IMG/VR virus record: IMGVR_UViG_3300027974_001530
Origin: a virus
Lineage: Duplodnaviria; Caudoviricetes
Strand: one strand, 5' to 3'
Length of the DNA: 64,000 nt
The notes under the pieces: model-generated
Told to the model about the DNA's origin: nothing
What the model saw: only the letters and a program-made list of their open reading frames with translations
Databases searched by the model: none
Translations under genes and position numbers: made by a program
Part shown: in pieces, positions 48,877 through 58,640 of the stretch
Layout: each line of letters opens with the position of its first letter
How positions within the stretch are numbered: position 1 is the stretch's first letter

Positions 48877-50004
48877 ATGTCGATAATAAGTAATGAAGAA
48901 AGAGAAAGACTATATACGAGAGTACGACATGTCTTGGGAGCACCTTTAAGATCTGTTGAACTTGAGGATGAACAGTTAGACACTTTATTAGAGTTCTCTA
49001 TTGAGGACTACTCTCAGTACATCCAAGATTGGTTAATTGAGAGTCAGTGGACAAGTCTTTGGGGTCTTAATGTTGAAACCCAATCATTGGCTAACGCATT
49101 TATGACAAAAAGTTTAGATTATGAAACAAGGTACACTTACGCATATTCTAAAATTGTAGGACTACAGGCAGGAGGAGATTCTGTAATGAAAAAAGATTAC
49201 ATCCAATTAGTTCCTAATCAACAAATATATGAAATACCTGCAGGTAGAGAAATTAATGAACTTTTATGGTTCAGTCCTGCAACCTTAAACAATACAATGT
49301 TTGATCCATGGTCTTTTGGTTCTTTAGGTGTTGGTGGTGGACTTGGAGGAGGTGGAGGTCTTGCTCAAATGGGTAATATGGCAGGTAGTTACTTTATGAT
49401 GCCGGCTTTTGATATGTTATTAAGAATGCAAGAAATTAATATACAAAGAAGAATTATTGTTGGGGATTTAACATATAGGATTACCGCATTACCTGGAGGT
49501 AAAAAGGCGATTCACTTAATGAATACTCCCGGTAGTAAATTTGATTTTGGTAACTCAACATTAGCAAAAGGTAAGGTTTGGTATTGGTATTATCCAACAG
49601 ATGAAAACGATAGAGACAGATGTTTAAAAGAGAATCCAGATATAATTAAAATGCCTTCTGATGTTCCCTTTGAAAGAGTAAGTTGGACCGAACTAAATAA
49701 CCCGTCACAAATTTGGGTTAGAAGGTGGTTTGTGGCATCAGCGAAAGAATTATTATCAAAAGTAAGAGGTAAGTTTAGTGGTAATTTAAAGGCTCCTGAT
49801 GGTGATCTTACTATGGATTATCAGTCATTGGCTACGGAAGGTAAAGATGAAAAAACTAAATTACTTGACGAATTGATTGGTACTGAAGGTAGACTCACAA
49901 GATTAAAACCGGAAAAGGTAATGGAAAGAGAAGCGTTAATTGCGGAAAACTTAAACAAGACTCTTAAATTTAGAGCCATGCCAAGACAAATTTATGTAAT
50001 ATGA
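48877..50004 (+). CDS. Neck / head-tail adaptor protein (gp13-like)
   Basis: LGAPLRSVELEDEQLD at the N-terminus; WVRRWFVASAKELLSKVRGKFSG...PDGDLTMDY at the C-terminus. Confidence 0.7.
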   Translation: MSIISNEERERLYTRVRHVLGAPLRSVELEDEQLDTLLEFSIEDYSQYIQDWLIESQWTSLWGLNVETQSLANAFMTKSLDYETRYTYAYSKIVGLQAGGDSVMKKDYIQLVPNQQIYEIPAGREINELLWFSPATLNNTMFDPWSFGSLGVGGGLGGGGGLAQMGNMAGSYFMMPAFDMLLRMQEINIQRRIIVGDLTYRITALPGGKKAIHLMNTPGSKFDFGNSTLAKGKVWYWYYPTDENDRDRCLKENPDIIKMPSDVPFERVSWTELNNPSQIWVRRWFVASAKELLSKVRGKFSGNLKAPDGDLTMDYQSLATEGKDEKTKLLDELIGTEGRLTRLKPEKVMEREALIAENLNKTLKFRAMPRQIYVI

Positions 50005-50345
50005 CAAATACACCACAAAGAAAAAATGTTATTAAATATCAAACGTCTATTGATCCACCAAAAGAACAAGACAAGTCGTTAATCATTTCTAAAGATAAGT
50101 ACACCACAAACGATGAAACCCTCTTAATAGTAAGAGGAGTTCCAAATTCTGAGGTAACTTTAAATTCTACGGTTACAAAAAGAATTGTTGTTAAATCATT
50201 AACTTCAGTTTTAGTAAAACCTGATATGGGTATGATAGATGAAGAGTGGGATGAATTACTTTTAGAAAAAGGATCTTGCGTCCAATTCCAATTTGTTCAA
50301 GGTAATTGGTATATCTTATCTTCAGATGGTTTAAAAATATCTTAA
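50001..50345 (+). CDS. Small beta-rich protein (114 aa), probably structural
   Basis: Coupled to the neck gene (ATGA overlap); ends GSCVQFQFVQGNWYILSSDG. Confidence 0.6.
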   Translation: MTNTPQRKNVIKYQTSIDPPKEQDKSLIISKDKYTTNDETLLIVRGVPNSEVTLNSTVTKRIVVKSLTSVLVKPDMGMIDEEWDELLLEKGSCVQFQFVQGNWYILSSDGLKIS

Positions 50346-53275
50346 ACCAATTCTTCCCATCCAGGTTCTGCCAATTCATACATATAGTTAGGGTCAATAC
50401 CAACCTTTTCCCAAAACTCTATTTCACCATCTTCCAGTTTAATTAAATGTTCTTCAATATCATCTTGGTCCTTTTCTTCAAACGGAACACCATTAATTAA
50501 CTCACATTGTGTTTTTGTAAAGAACCCTCTTTCTTCAGGATTCTTAACTAATAATCCATCTCTCACTTCTTCTTTAAAAACTATTAATAAAGGTTCGACC
50601 CTTTTATTAAATGTTGCAATCGCCCTTTGGATATTGTATTCCCCTAACATATCAGGATTATTTTCAATGTCTGATGGGTTTAACATGTATGAGTTTAACT
50701 GGACAACAGAATCTGTTGTAGCAAGTTTATATGCCATATCTGTTGGTATTCCGGTATTTGCTTCTTTATTTTTAGAATTACTACGTACCCAATTATCTTC
50801 AGACCAAGATTTTTCCCAACCATTATTAAGTAGTAAAGTTTCCTTTTCTTTATAAGATACTTTAGATTTTGTAGAATCAGAGTAAAATAAATTTATCTGA
50901 TCATCATTCCAACCGGCCTTTGGTTTATTAACTTTCTGAACATCTCCGTGTGAGGCCTTAGTTCCGTTATTTACGTAGTAGATTATATCTCCCAAATTTA
51001 CATTAAGATTGTCACGTATTGCAAGTTCCATATGAGCCTGTCTTGACATAAGTGATCCGGCTTTAGTTGTTTGTTTACTTCGTTTAATGTAATCATCAAT
51101 TGATTGTTTTATTCTTGATTTAGACGCAATTTGCATTAATGGAATTTTTTGATCGAATATCTTTTGTACGTATTCATAATAGTATTCCACAAAAGATTGA
51201 CCATCCCCCTCTAAAAGTTGTCTTATCCCCTTATCTAAGAAAACCTCAATATATTTTGGCATTTTTTTAGATTTGATTGAATTACCCGTTAATTTAATTT
51301 TACCATTATGTTCCATAGTTGCGTAGTTCTTACGTGCTAAGTTTATACAAGAGTCCCACGTACCATCACAATCAAGACCCATTTCACCTTTCATGAATGT
51401 ATCATTAAATTCTGCAACATCAGCATTATAACCTCTATATTCTTCACCTACTTTAACCAACCAATTTAATCCTTTACCGATATAAACTTTATGATCCACA
51501 CCACCTTTAGGTAATGAAAAGTTCATACCGTCCGTATCGCATACAAGTGGGGTATATCCTCTTTTAACAAAGAACTTTAACATCTGACGAAGATATTGTC
51601 TTCCTGTACAAGTGATCTGTTCGCCCATATTTATATCCCCCCACGGGAATACTTGAGGTGCCGATAAGGAACCAAAGAATGCATTAATAAAAATCTTAAT
51701 TGGTAATTGTTTTCTATCGAATGACAATGATTTCTTTTTATCAATACCCTTATATTCCGAAGCCAAATTCTTATACATAATACGAGAATTACGGAAAAAT
51801 GTTAATAAACCTTTCATCGCCCCCGTAATATCACATTCAGGGAATACATCGTGTACCAACTGAATAGACGGATATAGTGATGAGTAGTCAAGTTTTAACA
51901 CGTCTTTTGAATAACCCACTTTAAGTAATCGTGATAACCCACCGACAAATCTTCTTTGTTCTTCTTTTTTAGGAATTGCCAAACCAAACTTATATGACCA
52001 AGCAAGCATTATCATTTTCCATAATGTTGCGGTTCCCATTGTTGAGACCCTTTCATATGTTGTTGGGACTAAAGACGCAAGTAGGAAAGTTCCTTGATTG
52101 AACTCGTCATCCACTATCAAGGTTTCCTCAAGGTCATCGTCAAGATAACGCTCAACTATATCGTCCCCAGTTGTTTTTATATAAATGTCTCCTCGTCTAA
52201 AACAAACCTCATCAATTTTAGAATCAACACCAACTTTCTTATATTTACCATTTTCAGTGTTTAACCAATACTCGTCTTTTTCAGCGTACATAGGACCAAT
52301 CTTTGTGTGGTCAATATATATACGATCTTTAGCCTCACCATCTATAAATTTGGTAATGTACTTCAATCCCGCCTCTTTAATATTTGAATTGATTGCTTGA
52401 GCTCTACGAACAGAGTGGATAATATCAATCACATTATATCCCCACAACTGAACCTGATTAAATTTCTCAACCTCATTTGCCAATTTTAACATTGATTCCT
52501 TTTGGGATATTGTTCTTTTTGGGTTAAGGGACTTTGCTATTTTTTTAATATCAAGATTTAAAGCCTTACATCTTTCGAATATCCAAAACCAGTCAAAATT
52601 TGCTGAATTGTATCCTGAAATAATTGATGGTTTAAGTTCGTCTATTGTTCTGAAGAACTCAACAAGACCACTTCTTTCATCATCTTCATCTTTACATTCA
52701 ATAACTTTTAGGAATCCTTTATTGGTTTTCATTCCAATCATAAAGATACGACCGTCTTTTGGTTCTAATGCGGTTGTCTCAAGGTCAAATCCAAATCTAG
52801 TGATATCATTATATTCCTCAAATCCTTTGAACAATCTTTTTTCTTTTGAGATGAGGTACTGTTCGACAGGGGGTAACATTAAAAATTTATTTTTTGTATT
52901 TTCACCCCAAGGATCAATACCTCCATCACGAAAAAATTGTGTTAGAGATCGATAACCTTTCATTGACTTAACCATAAATGTTAGACCATTTTCTAATCTT
53001 TCATTTCCATCAGTTCTTAATTTGTCTATTACAATTCCGTACTTAGACATCGCCTCTTTTTGTAGTGCTTTAGATCCTTGATAAAAGTTTAATCCTTTTA
53101 GGTCTCCTACCCAAGCAAATGCAATTAAACTATCTCTTACAATAGATTTTCCTTTTCCCGGTATTTCTTTGATTTTATAAATATGGTCCGACACGTAGTC
53201 AAACTCAATTGCAACGATGTGCTCTTCCGAATCATTTCCTTCTAGAAATGACTTAATTTCTTCTTGTGATATCAT
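50342..53275 (-). CDS. Family B DNA polymerase with 3'-5' exonuclease
   Basis: ExoI DLETT, ExoII GYNSANFD, ExoIII YLDDD, motif A DYSSLYPS, motif B KIFINAFFG, motif C CDTDG. Confidence 0.95.
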   Translation of the reverse strand: MISQEEIKSFLEGNDSEEHIVAIEFDYVSDHIYKIKEIPGKGKSIVRDSLIAFAWVGDLKGLNFYQGSKALQKEAMSKYGIVIDKLRTDGNERLENGLTFMVKSMKGYRSLTQFFRDGGIDPWGENTKNKFLMLPPVEQYLISKEKRLFKGFEEYNDITRFGFDLETTALEPKDGRIFMIGMKTNKGFLKVIECKDEDDERSGLVEFFRTIDELKPSIISGYNSANFDWFWIFERCKALNLDIKKIAKSLNPKRTISQKESMLKLANEVEKFNQVQLWGYNVIDIIHSVRRAQAINSNIKEAGLKYITKFIDGEAKDRIYIDHTKIGPMYAEKDEYWLNTENGKYKKVGVDSKIDEVCFRRGDIYIKTTGDDIVERYLDDDLEETLIVDDEFNQGTFLLASLVPTTYERVSTMGTATLWKMIMLAWSYKFGLAIPKKEEQRRFVGGLSRLLKVGYSKDVLKLDYSSLYPSIQLVHDVFPECDITGAMKGLLTFFRNSRIMYKNLASEYKGIDKKKSLSFDRKQLPIKIFINAFFGSLSAPQVFPWGDINMGEQITCTGRQYLRQMLKFFVKRGYTPLVCDTDGMNFSLPKGGVDHKVYIGKGLNWLVKVGEEYRGYNADVAEFNDTFMKGEMGLDCDGTWDSCINLARKNYATMEHNGKIKLTGNSIKSKKMPKYIEVFLDKGIRQLLEGDGQSFVEYYYEYVQKIFDQKIPLMQIASKSRIKQSIDDYIKRSKQTTKAGSLMSRQAHMELAIRDNLNVNLGDIIYYVNNGTKASHGDVQKVNKPKAGWNDDQINLFYSDSTKSKVSYKEKETLLLNNGWEKSWSEDNWVRSNSKNKEANTGIPTDMAYKLATTDSVVQLNSYMLNPSDIENNPDMLGEYNIQRAIATFNKRVEPLLIVFKEEVRDGLLVKNPEERGFFTKTQCELINGVPFEEKDQDDIEEHLIKLEDGEIEFWEKVGIDPNYMYELAEPGWEELV

Positions 53276-53339
53276 ATATTTTTTTTAAAGTTTGGTTTAT
53301 TATCTATCATACAAAGATGACATTTACCTTACATTAATA

Positions 53340-53368
53340 AATATATGTTTTTTATCCGTCTAAGTCAA
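53340..53368 (-). promoter_or_regulatory. Sigma70-like promoter TTGACT-N17-TATATT upstream of the DNA polymerase
   Basis: -35 at 53368-53363 and -10 at 53345-53340; same as the SSB promoter. Confidence 0.6.
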
Positions 53369-53375
53369 TTAATTT

Positions 53376-53951
53376 TTAACCACGAGGAACCACTGGACCA
53401 ACCACCTCCGAATCATTTTGTAATGTATCAAAATAATTTAAATTTCTTTTAGAATACGTATTTCTTATATCGTTATTTCTAAATTTTGAATTTAACATTT
53501 TTTGAACGTAAATTTCCGCGGCGCGAGGAGTAACTTTATTTAAATCTTTTCCAACATAACCCTCAAGTTGTAGGTTATCTCTTATAGCATTTTCGGGATT
53601 TTTAACTTCAGTGTTTTTTAACGATGCAATTATTTCTCTTGTAACCTTACCACCCTTAAGACTTTCCTCATAATTTTTAACATCAGAATTTTTTTTCTCT
53701 ATATTTTCTTCTAACTCTTTTTTTCTGTTTAAACTTGTTTCATCGTTTTTTTCTTTTAAACCATTTAATTCTTTTTGATCGGAATTAATAGATTTAATTT
53801 GTGTGTTATACTTTCTCACCTCTTCTTTTACTAAATCATCGATTGTTTTTAACACAATTAAATCAATCCCTGTAGTGGTTAAACTAGGGTGAGTTCTTCT
53901 TGCTAATTCAGCATCTGTAATATCTTTTATATTTGTTCTTGTAGTTGTCAT
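53376..53951 (-). CDS. Hypothetical helical/coiled-coil protein (191 aa)
   Basis: Charged heptad-rich ORF following the fibre gene; no family recognised. Confidence 0.55.
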   Translation of the reverse strand: MTTTRTNIKDITDAELARRTHPSLTTTGIDLIVLKTIDDLVKEEVRKYNTQIKSINSDQKELNGLKEKNDETSLNRKKELEENIEKKNSDVKNYEESLKGGKVTREIIASLKNTEVKNPENAIRDNLQLEGYVGKDLNKVTPRAAEIYVQKMLNSKFRNNDIRNTYSKRNLNYFDTLQNDSEVVGPVVPRG

Positions 53952-53970
53952 ATTATTTATATTTTATTTA

Positions 53971-56900
53971 TTATGAAGTAGGACTTACCGCAACTAATGC
54001 AGGTGTTCCATCTAAGTAAATTAATTTTAATGTTGATGTTGAGTCATTTAATAATGTGCAAGTATAATTGTTATAAACGTGGGTTGCCAAAGTAAAATCC
54101 TCACTAACATCATATTGTATTACATTATATTGGAAATCATCACCAACGGTATTACCAACAAAATTGTTAAATATATTATTATTATTAAAATTAGATCCAA
54201 CCTCATTACCGTAAGTGTGATCACCAAACTTATTATCGTATACATTATCACCCCAAATATTTCCAGCAACAAAAAACTGACCAAAATAATTACCAATTGT
54301 ATTATGAACAAAGTCAACACCTATAGTATTACCAAAGAAACTAACTCCAGCAATATTTGATTCAAAACCGGTACTTATTTGATTAAACCAAGAGACTTCA
54401 CCAATTTTATTATATGCTGCATTATCATTGATTTGGTTTAAATTGAAAAAGTACCCAATATCATTACCAGTAAAATACACTCCTAATATATTTTCTTGAA
54501 ATAAATCACCAATTCTATTATAATTAAATCCGTCGCCTATTGTATTTGTATTACAACCCCAACCTATTTGATTATTATTGTATCCTCCACCCGAAGTATC
54601 GTATGTTACATTGTAAATAAAACTATCCCCAACTGTATTTTGAATAAAATTATTTCTAATTATATTTCCACCATCTCCAAGATTAGGAGCTTCATTATCA
54701 ATACCAAAATAGTTACCTATTATATTTGAATTAAAATCATTTAAAATGTAGTTTGAAATTCCTGTATCGTTTAAACTACCAAAATAATTACCTATTTGGT
54801 TATTAGTAAAACCAGATCCTATGTTATTATTTATAAAATGATTACCTATGTGGTTATCCTCAAAAAAGGCATCACCTAACGTTACCCCAACGGAAGTAAC
54901 TCCGGCTAACGTATCAACCCCATTATCAATAGTGTCTCCATTACTAAACCCACCAATATATAAATTAACCGTCATTGCACTAAAACCATCATCAGTAACA
55001 ACTTCTGCGGTACCACCTACGCCATTATCAACAACATCCCCAACTTGGAAACTTGTAATTCCCGTAACATTAAATGTTGCATCATTTCCTCCTGTGGTTA
55101 TTGTTATACTATCGTTTATTTGGTAATATGTTCCGGGAGTATTAATTGTAACTCCTGTTATAACACCTAAACCATCGGTTAATATATCCACAGTTAAAGA
55201 ACTTCCAAGTCCTCCTGTTGTTGGGACATTTGTAGAGTCGGAGTACCCCGTACCTCCACTTGTTAATGTTATCCCTGAAACTGGACCTTGTAACTTTTCA
55301 TAATAAACAGTAGTCACTATACCAATTTTATTACCTCCAGTTCCGTTAGAGTCCAAACCAAAATTATTACCAATTACGTTATTAAGAAAATAATTACCAA
55401 TTATATTTTTATTAGCTTTATCAAAACAACCAAAGTAGTCCCCAACTACGTTACCCTCAAAACTATTCCCAATCTCGTTGTTAGAAAAATAATTTTTTAT
55501 GTTATTATTTTCAAAATTATCACCAATAGTATTGTCGGTAAAATAATTCCCAATAACATTATTATACAGATATTTCCCAATCAAATTTCTCTGAAAAGAA
55601 TCATTTATTACATTACCCTGATTTTGTGAACCACCATAACCAAAATCATTATCAAATTTATTTTCTAAGAAAAAATCACCTATTTTATTACTTGAAAATC
55701 TGACACCGCTATTAGGTTCGGTATATACTGAATTCCATTCAGTGTCTTGTGGACTTACAGAACTATTCCACGATCCTTCCGTTGCAATATTATAAATCGC
55801 CCCACTACTATCTCTAGCGATTTCCAAGACTCCTGGTATAATAATATCAATATCATTAACACCATTTCTTTTTGTAAATGTAACTGTAGGTCCTATGTTA
55901 TTACCAAGTGAATCCATTTCAGTTCTTTCATATTGGAAACCTCCTCCGTTACCATCTAATGTCCATTGATTAAATTTAATTTTAAAATACTGAGATGTGG
56001 ATGTGACTTTCATTACCAACTCTTTACCTAAGATTCTATAATCAATAGAGCCACCTAAAGAATCATTAAAAATATTATAAGCTCTACCCGTGATATTAGA
56101 TAAATCGCCCCAACCAAAAAGAGTATTAATTGGTAAATTTTTTTGGAAGTACTGACCTATTTTATTGTTGAAAAATTGATTAGGGATTATATTCCCATTA
56201 AAATAATATTTAGTTTCATTATTATAAAAACTATCATTAATTATATTATTATTAAAACCATTACCAATAAGATTAAGATTAAAATCAGATCCAATTTGAT
56301 TTTTATTAAACCCATTAAGTATTGTGTTACCTTGAGATGATCCATTAATAGTATTCACTAGGTAGTTTGTACCAATTTGATTGTTTTGGAAATTTTGTCT
56401 TACTGTATTTCTGTAAAATCCGTTACGAATATAATTTCTATAAAATTCAAAATTATCTAAGTTACCAAAGTCACCAATTAAATTATCTTGAAAGTTATCT
56501 AATATTTCATTTTTATAAAACGCAGAATAAATAAGATTGTTACTAAAACCATTTCCAATAATGTTGTCTTCAAAATCAACACCATTCTCATTCAATAATT
56601 GGTTATTACTAAAATCATTACCAATATGGTTAGAGGTTAAATTTGCATTTATTAAGTTACGATTAAAATAATGTCCTATGATGTTATCGTCTATATCGTT
56701 TACTGATACATTTTCATAACAATAATCACCCCAAACGTTATTTTGATTGTCAGTTCCAAAAGTATTATTGTAACAGTAATCACCAAATTTATTACTTTCG
56801 TATTGTCCTTCTAAAAATACATTGTTTGGTAGTAAGAATGTTCCACTACTAACATTTGTATAGTTATTTGTGTAATTACCTATATAGTTATTTTTTGCGT

Positions 56901-57765
56901 AATCATTTAATATCGCATCCCCAAATGTACTGTACTGTTCGTAATCGTTTGATCTAACGTTTGTTCTTTTATAACTAAAGTAACCATTACCGTTTGTTTC
57001 TTCTATTGTAAGATAAAAACTTTGACCCACACCAACCGCCGTTATTGTATCACCTGACACGTTCATAATTACATTGTCGGTAATTCCTGTTATTTCATAA
57101 TAACTCGGACTACTATTAGGTATATAAATAATATCACCTACCGACAGAGAAGTGAAAGAAGTATCAACACCATTAACTGTACCATTACTTAATAACTCAA
57201 TTGTACCATTTAATCTTAACTCGTCTCTATATGTGAATAATTTATATCTTTTAAATAAAATATTTCTATGATCATAATCAGTCCTATTATTAAACTCATC
57301 AATTCTTTCAGTAATCCTACCAAAGGCAACACCATTAGTAACTTCAGTTGTATTATACATTATATCATAACGTATAAAGTCGTTAGGGTGTATTGGTTGA
57401 TAAGCAACAGGACTAATTGTATTAATACTTGTGGCCAATACTACAATTGGCTCAACAGGACCTTGTTTATAATTTTCAGAAGTAATTGGGGTTCCATTAT
57501 AATCAAAATCAGGTTGATCATAACATGTTTTAAAATCTTCTATTATATAATAAGAACCTTGAGTTAAGTTACTAGTCGACATTAAAGTAAATAAAGCTGA
57601 GTAACTTACAGGTGTTGCACTTAAAATGTAACTTGCAAAATCTACAATAGGTGTGTGTTTGGTTGTTCCTGTGGGTACATCATAATTTACAATAGGTATT
57701 ATGTCTATTGAGGTGTACCCCGTATTACCAACGTAAGGTAAGTCTGATATTTTTTTATTTGCCAT
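53971..57765 (-). CDS. Large fibre/spike-like protein with Asn-rich beta-solenoid repeats (1264 aa)
   Basis: MANKKISDLP start; GRITERIDEFNNRTDYD domain; about 11-residue N-x-I-G-N-x-F repeats interrupted by inserted domains. Confidence 0.7.
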   Translation of the reverse strand: MANKKISDLPYVGNTGYTSIDIIPIVNYDVPTGTTKHTPIVDFASYILSATPVSYSALFTLMSTSNLTQGSYYIIEDFKTCYDQPDFDYNGTPITSENYKQGPVEPIVVLATSINTISPVAYQPIHPNDFIRYDIMYNTTEVTNGVAFGRITERIDEFNNRTDYDHRNILFKRYKLFTYRDELRLNGTIELLSNGTVNGVDTSFTSLSVGDIIYIPNSSPSYYEITGITDNVIMNVSGDTITAVGVGQSFYLTIEETNGNGYFSYKRTNVRSNDYEQYSTFGDAILNDYAKNNYIGNYTNNYTNVSSGTFLLPNNVFLEGQYESNKFGDYCYNNTFGTDNQNNVWGDYCYENVSVNDIDDNIIGHYFNRNLINANLTSNHIGNDFSNNQLLNENGVDFEDNIIGNGFSNNLIYSAFYKNEILDNFQDNLIGDFGNLDNFEFYRNYIRNGFYRNTVRQNFQNNQIGTNYLVNTINGSSQGNTILNGFNKNQIGSDFNLNLIGNGFNNNIINDSFYNNETKYYFNGNIIPNQFFNNKIGQYFQKNLPINTLFGWGDLSNITGRAYNIFNDSLGGSIDYRILGKELVMKVTSTSQYFKIKFNQWTLDGNGGGFQYERTEMDSLGNNIGPTVTFTKRNGVNDIDIIIPGVLEIARDSSGAIYNIATEGSWNSSVSPQDTEWNSVYTEPNSGVRFSSNKIGDFFLENKFDNDFGYGGSQNQGNVINDSFQRNLIGKYLYNNVIGNYFTDNTIGDNFENNNIKNYFSNNEIGNSFEGNVVGDYFGCFDKANKNIIGNYFLNNVIGNNFGLDSNGTGGNKIGIVTTVYYEKLQGPVSGITLTSGGTGYSDSTNVPTTGGLGSSLTVDILTDGLGVITGVTINTPGTYYQINDSITITTGGNDATFNVTGITSFQVGDVVDNGVGGTAEVVTDDGFSAMTVNLYIGGFSNGDTIDNGVDTLAGVTSVGVTLGDAFFEDNHIGNHFINNNIGSGFTNNQIGNYFGSLNDTGISNYILNDFNSNIIGNYFGIDNEAPNLGDGGNIIRNNFIQNTVGDSFIYNVTYDTSGGGYNNNQIGWGCNTNTIGDGFNYNRIGDLFQENILGVYFTGNDIGYFFNLNQINDNAAYNKIGEVSWFNQISTGFESNIAGVSFFGNTIGVDFVHNTIGNYFGQFFVAGNIWGDNVYDNKFGDHTYGNEVGSNFNNNNIFNNFVGNTVGDDFQYNVIQYDVSEDFTLATHVYNNYTCTLLNDSTSTLKLIYLDGTPALVAVSPTS

Positions 57766-57784
57766 TTTTTATTTTATAAATATT

Positions 57785-58411
57785 TTACTTTTGAAAATAT
57801 TTTGATATACGTTGACTTAATCTTACTCTTGGATCATTTTTATCTCTATTTAAAATTTCATAAGGTAATAAGAATCCAAAACTTAAAAACACTCTTCTTG
57901 AGTTAAACTCTTCGGTCCAATGTTTATATAAAGAAGCCTCAAAACAGTATAGGTCTTTTTGTTCTATGACAGGTGAAGAATCGCCTATAAAAATTTTGTA
58001 ATCTTCTGATAACACACTAATGTTACACTTATAGTTTATGTAACCATCAAGTGACGCATCATAGTGGGGTTGTACTCTACCACCTTTTTTCATATCAACC
58101 GCCTGAATAAAGATATTATCAAGTGGTAGGTTATTCTTTTCAGATATCCTTTTAAAAATAGTTTTGATAATTTGGGGAACTTCTTGTTGTAAAACTTTAG
58201 AAACTGATTGAAAATTTGTAATGTAGTTTGTAAGTTCGGTATTTGAGATGTCTATAATACAAGATTTTCCCTTCAGTGTTTTTGAGATTTCACTTAAGTG
58301 GTAATTCGGATCTCCATCTTCAGGATTTAACGAATCAACCCAATCAACAATTAGATTAACCTCATCATCACTGATGAAATTTTTTATTATTTTATGATTT
58401 TCAGATTCCAT
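57785..58411 (-). CDS. 2OG-Fe(II) oxygenase-like protein
   Basis: HYD...KHW...RRVFLS gives the HxD...H triad plus the 2OG-binding Arg of the double-stranded beta-helix fold. Confidence 0.7.
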   Translation of the reverse strand: MESENHKIIKNFISDDEVNLIVDWVDSLNPEDGDPNYHLSEISKTLKGKSCIIDISNTELTNYITNFQSVSKVLQQEVPQIIKTIFKRISEKNNLPLDNIFIQAVDMKKGGRVQPHYDASLDGYINYKCNISVLSEDYKIFIGDSSPVIEQKDLYCFEASLYKHWTEEFNSRRVFLSFGFLLPYEILNRDKNDPRVRLSQRISKYFQK

Positions 58412-58635
58412 TTATTAAGAAATTCTTTTGGACCAATTTCTAATTCCATAATAGATAAGTTTTTCTTATCGTAAATAGAGTTCATTTTTTCCTCAGATCC
58501 CGCCATTGTACAAAACCAATGTGTTGCAGGTTCTTCTCCTGTTGATGAACAAGGTATTTTCATCACATTTTTATTTACCCAAGCTTCTCTTACTTGTTCT
58601 ACCTTATCGTTTTCTGTTAAAATATTTATTCTCAT
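58387..58635 (-). CDS. Hypothetical protein (82 aa)
   Basis: ATG ORF overlapping the oxygenase start by 25 nt. Confidence 0.55.
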   Translation of the reverse strand: MRINILTENDKVEQVREAWVNKNVMKIPCSSTGEEPATHWFCTMAGSEEKMNSIYDKKNLSIMELEIGPKEFLNKWNLKIIK

Positions 58636-58640
58636 ATTAT

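Noticed and set aside
14541-53275. Inteins or group I introns in RNR, helicase, RecA or polymerase
   Set aside because: Lengths are ordinary, conserved motifs are contiguous, and no splicing motifs or homing endonuclease ORFs were recognised.
53294-53328. Hairpin in the polymerase leader as a T4 gp43-type autogenous operator
   Set aside because: Only a 6-bp AU-rich stem with one G-U pair; not distinguishable from chance without covariation data.
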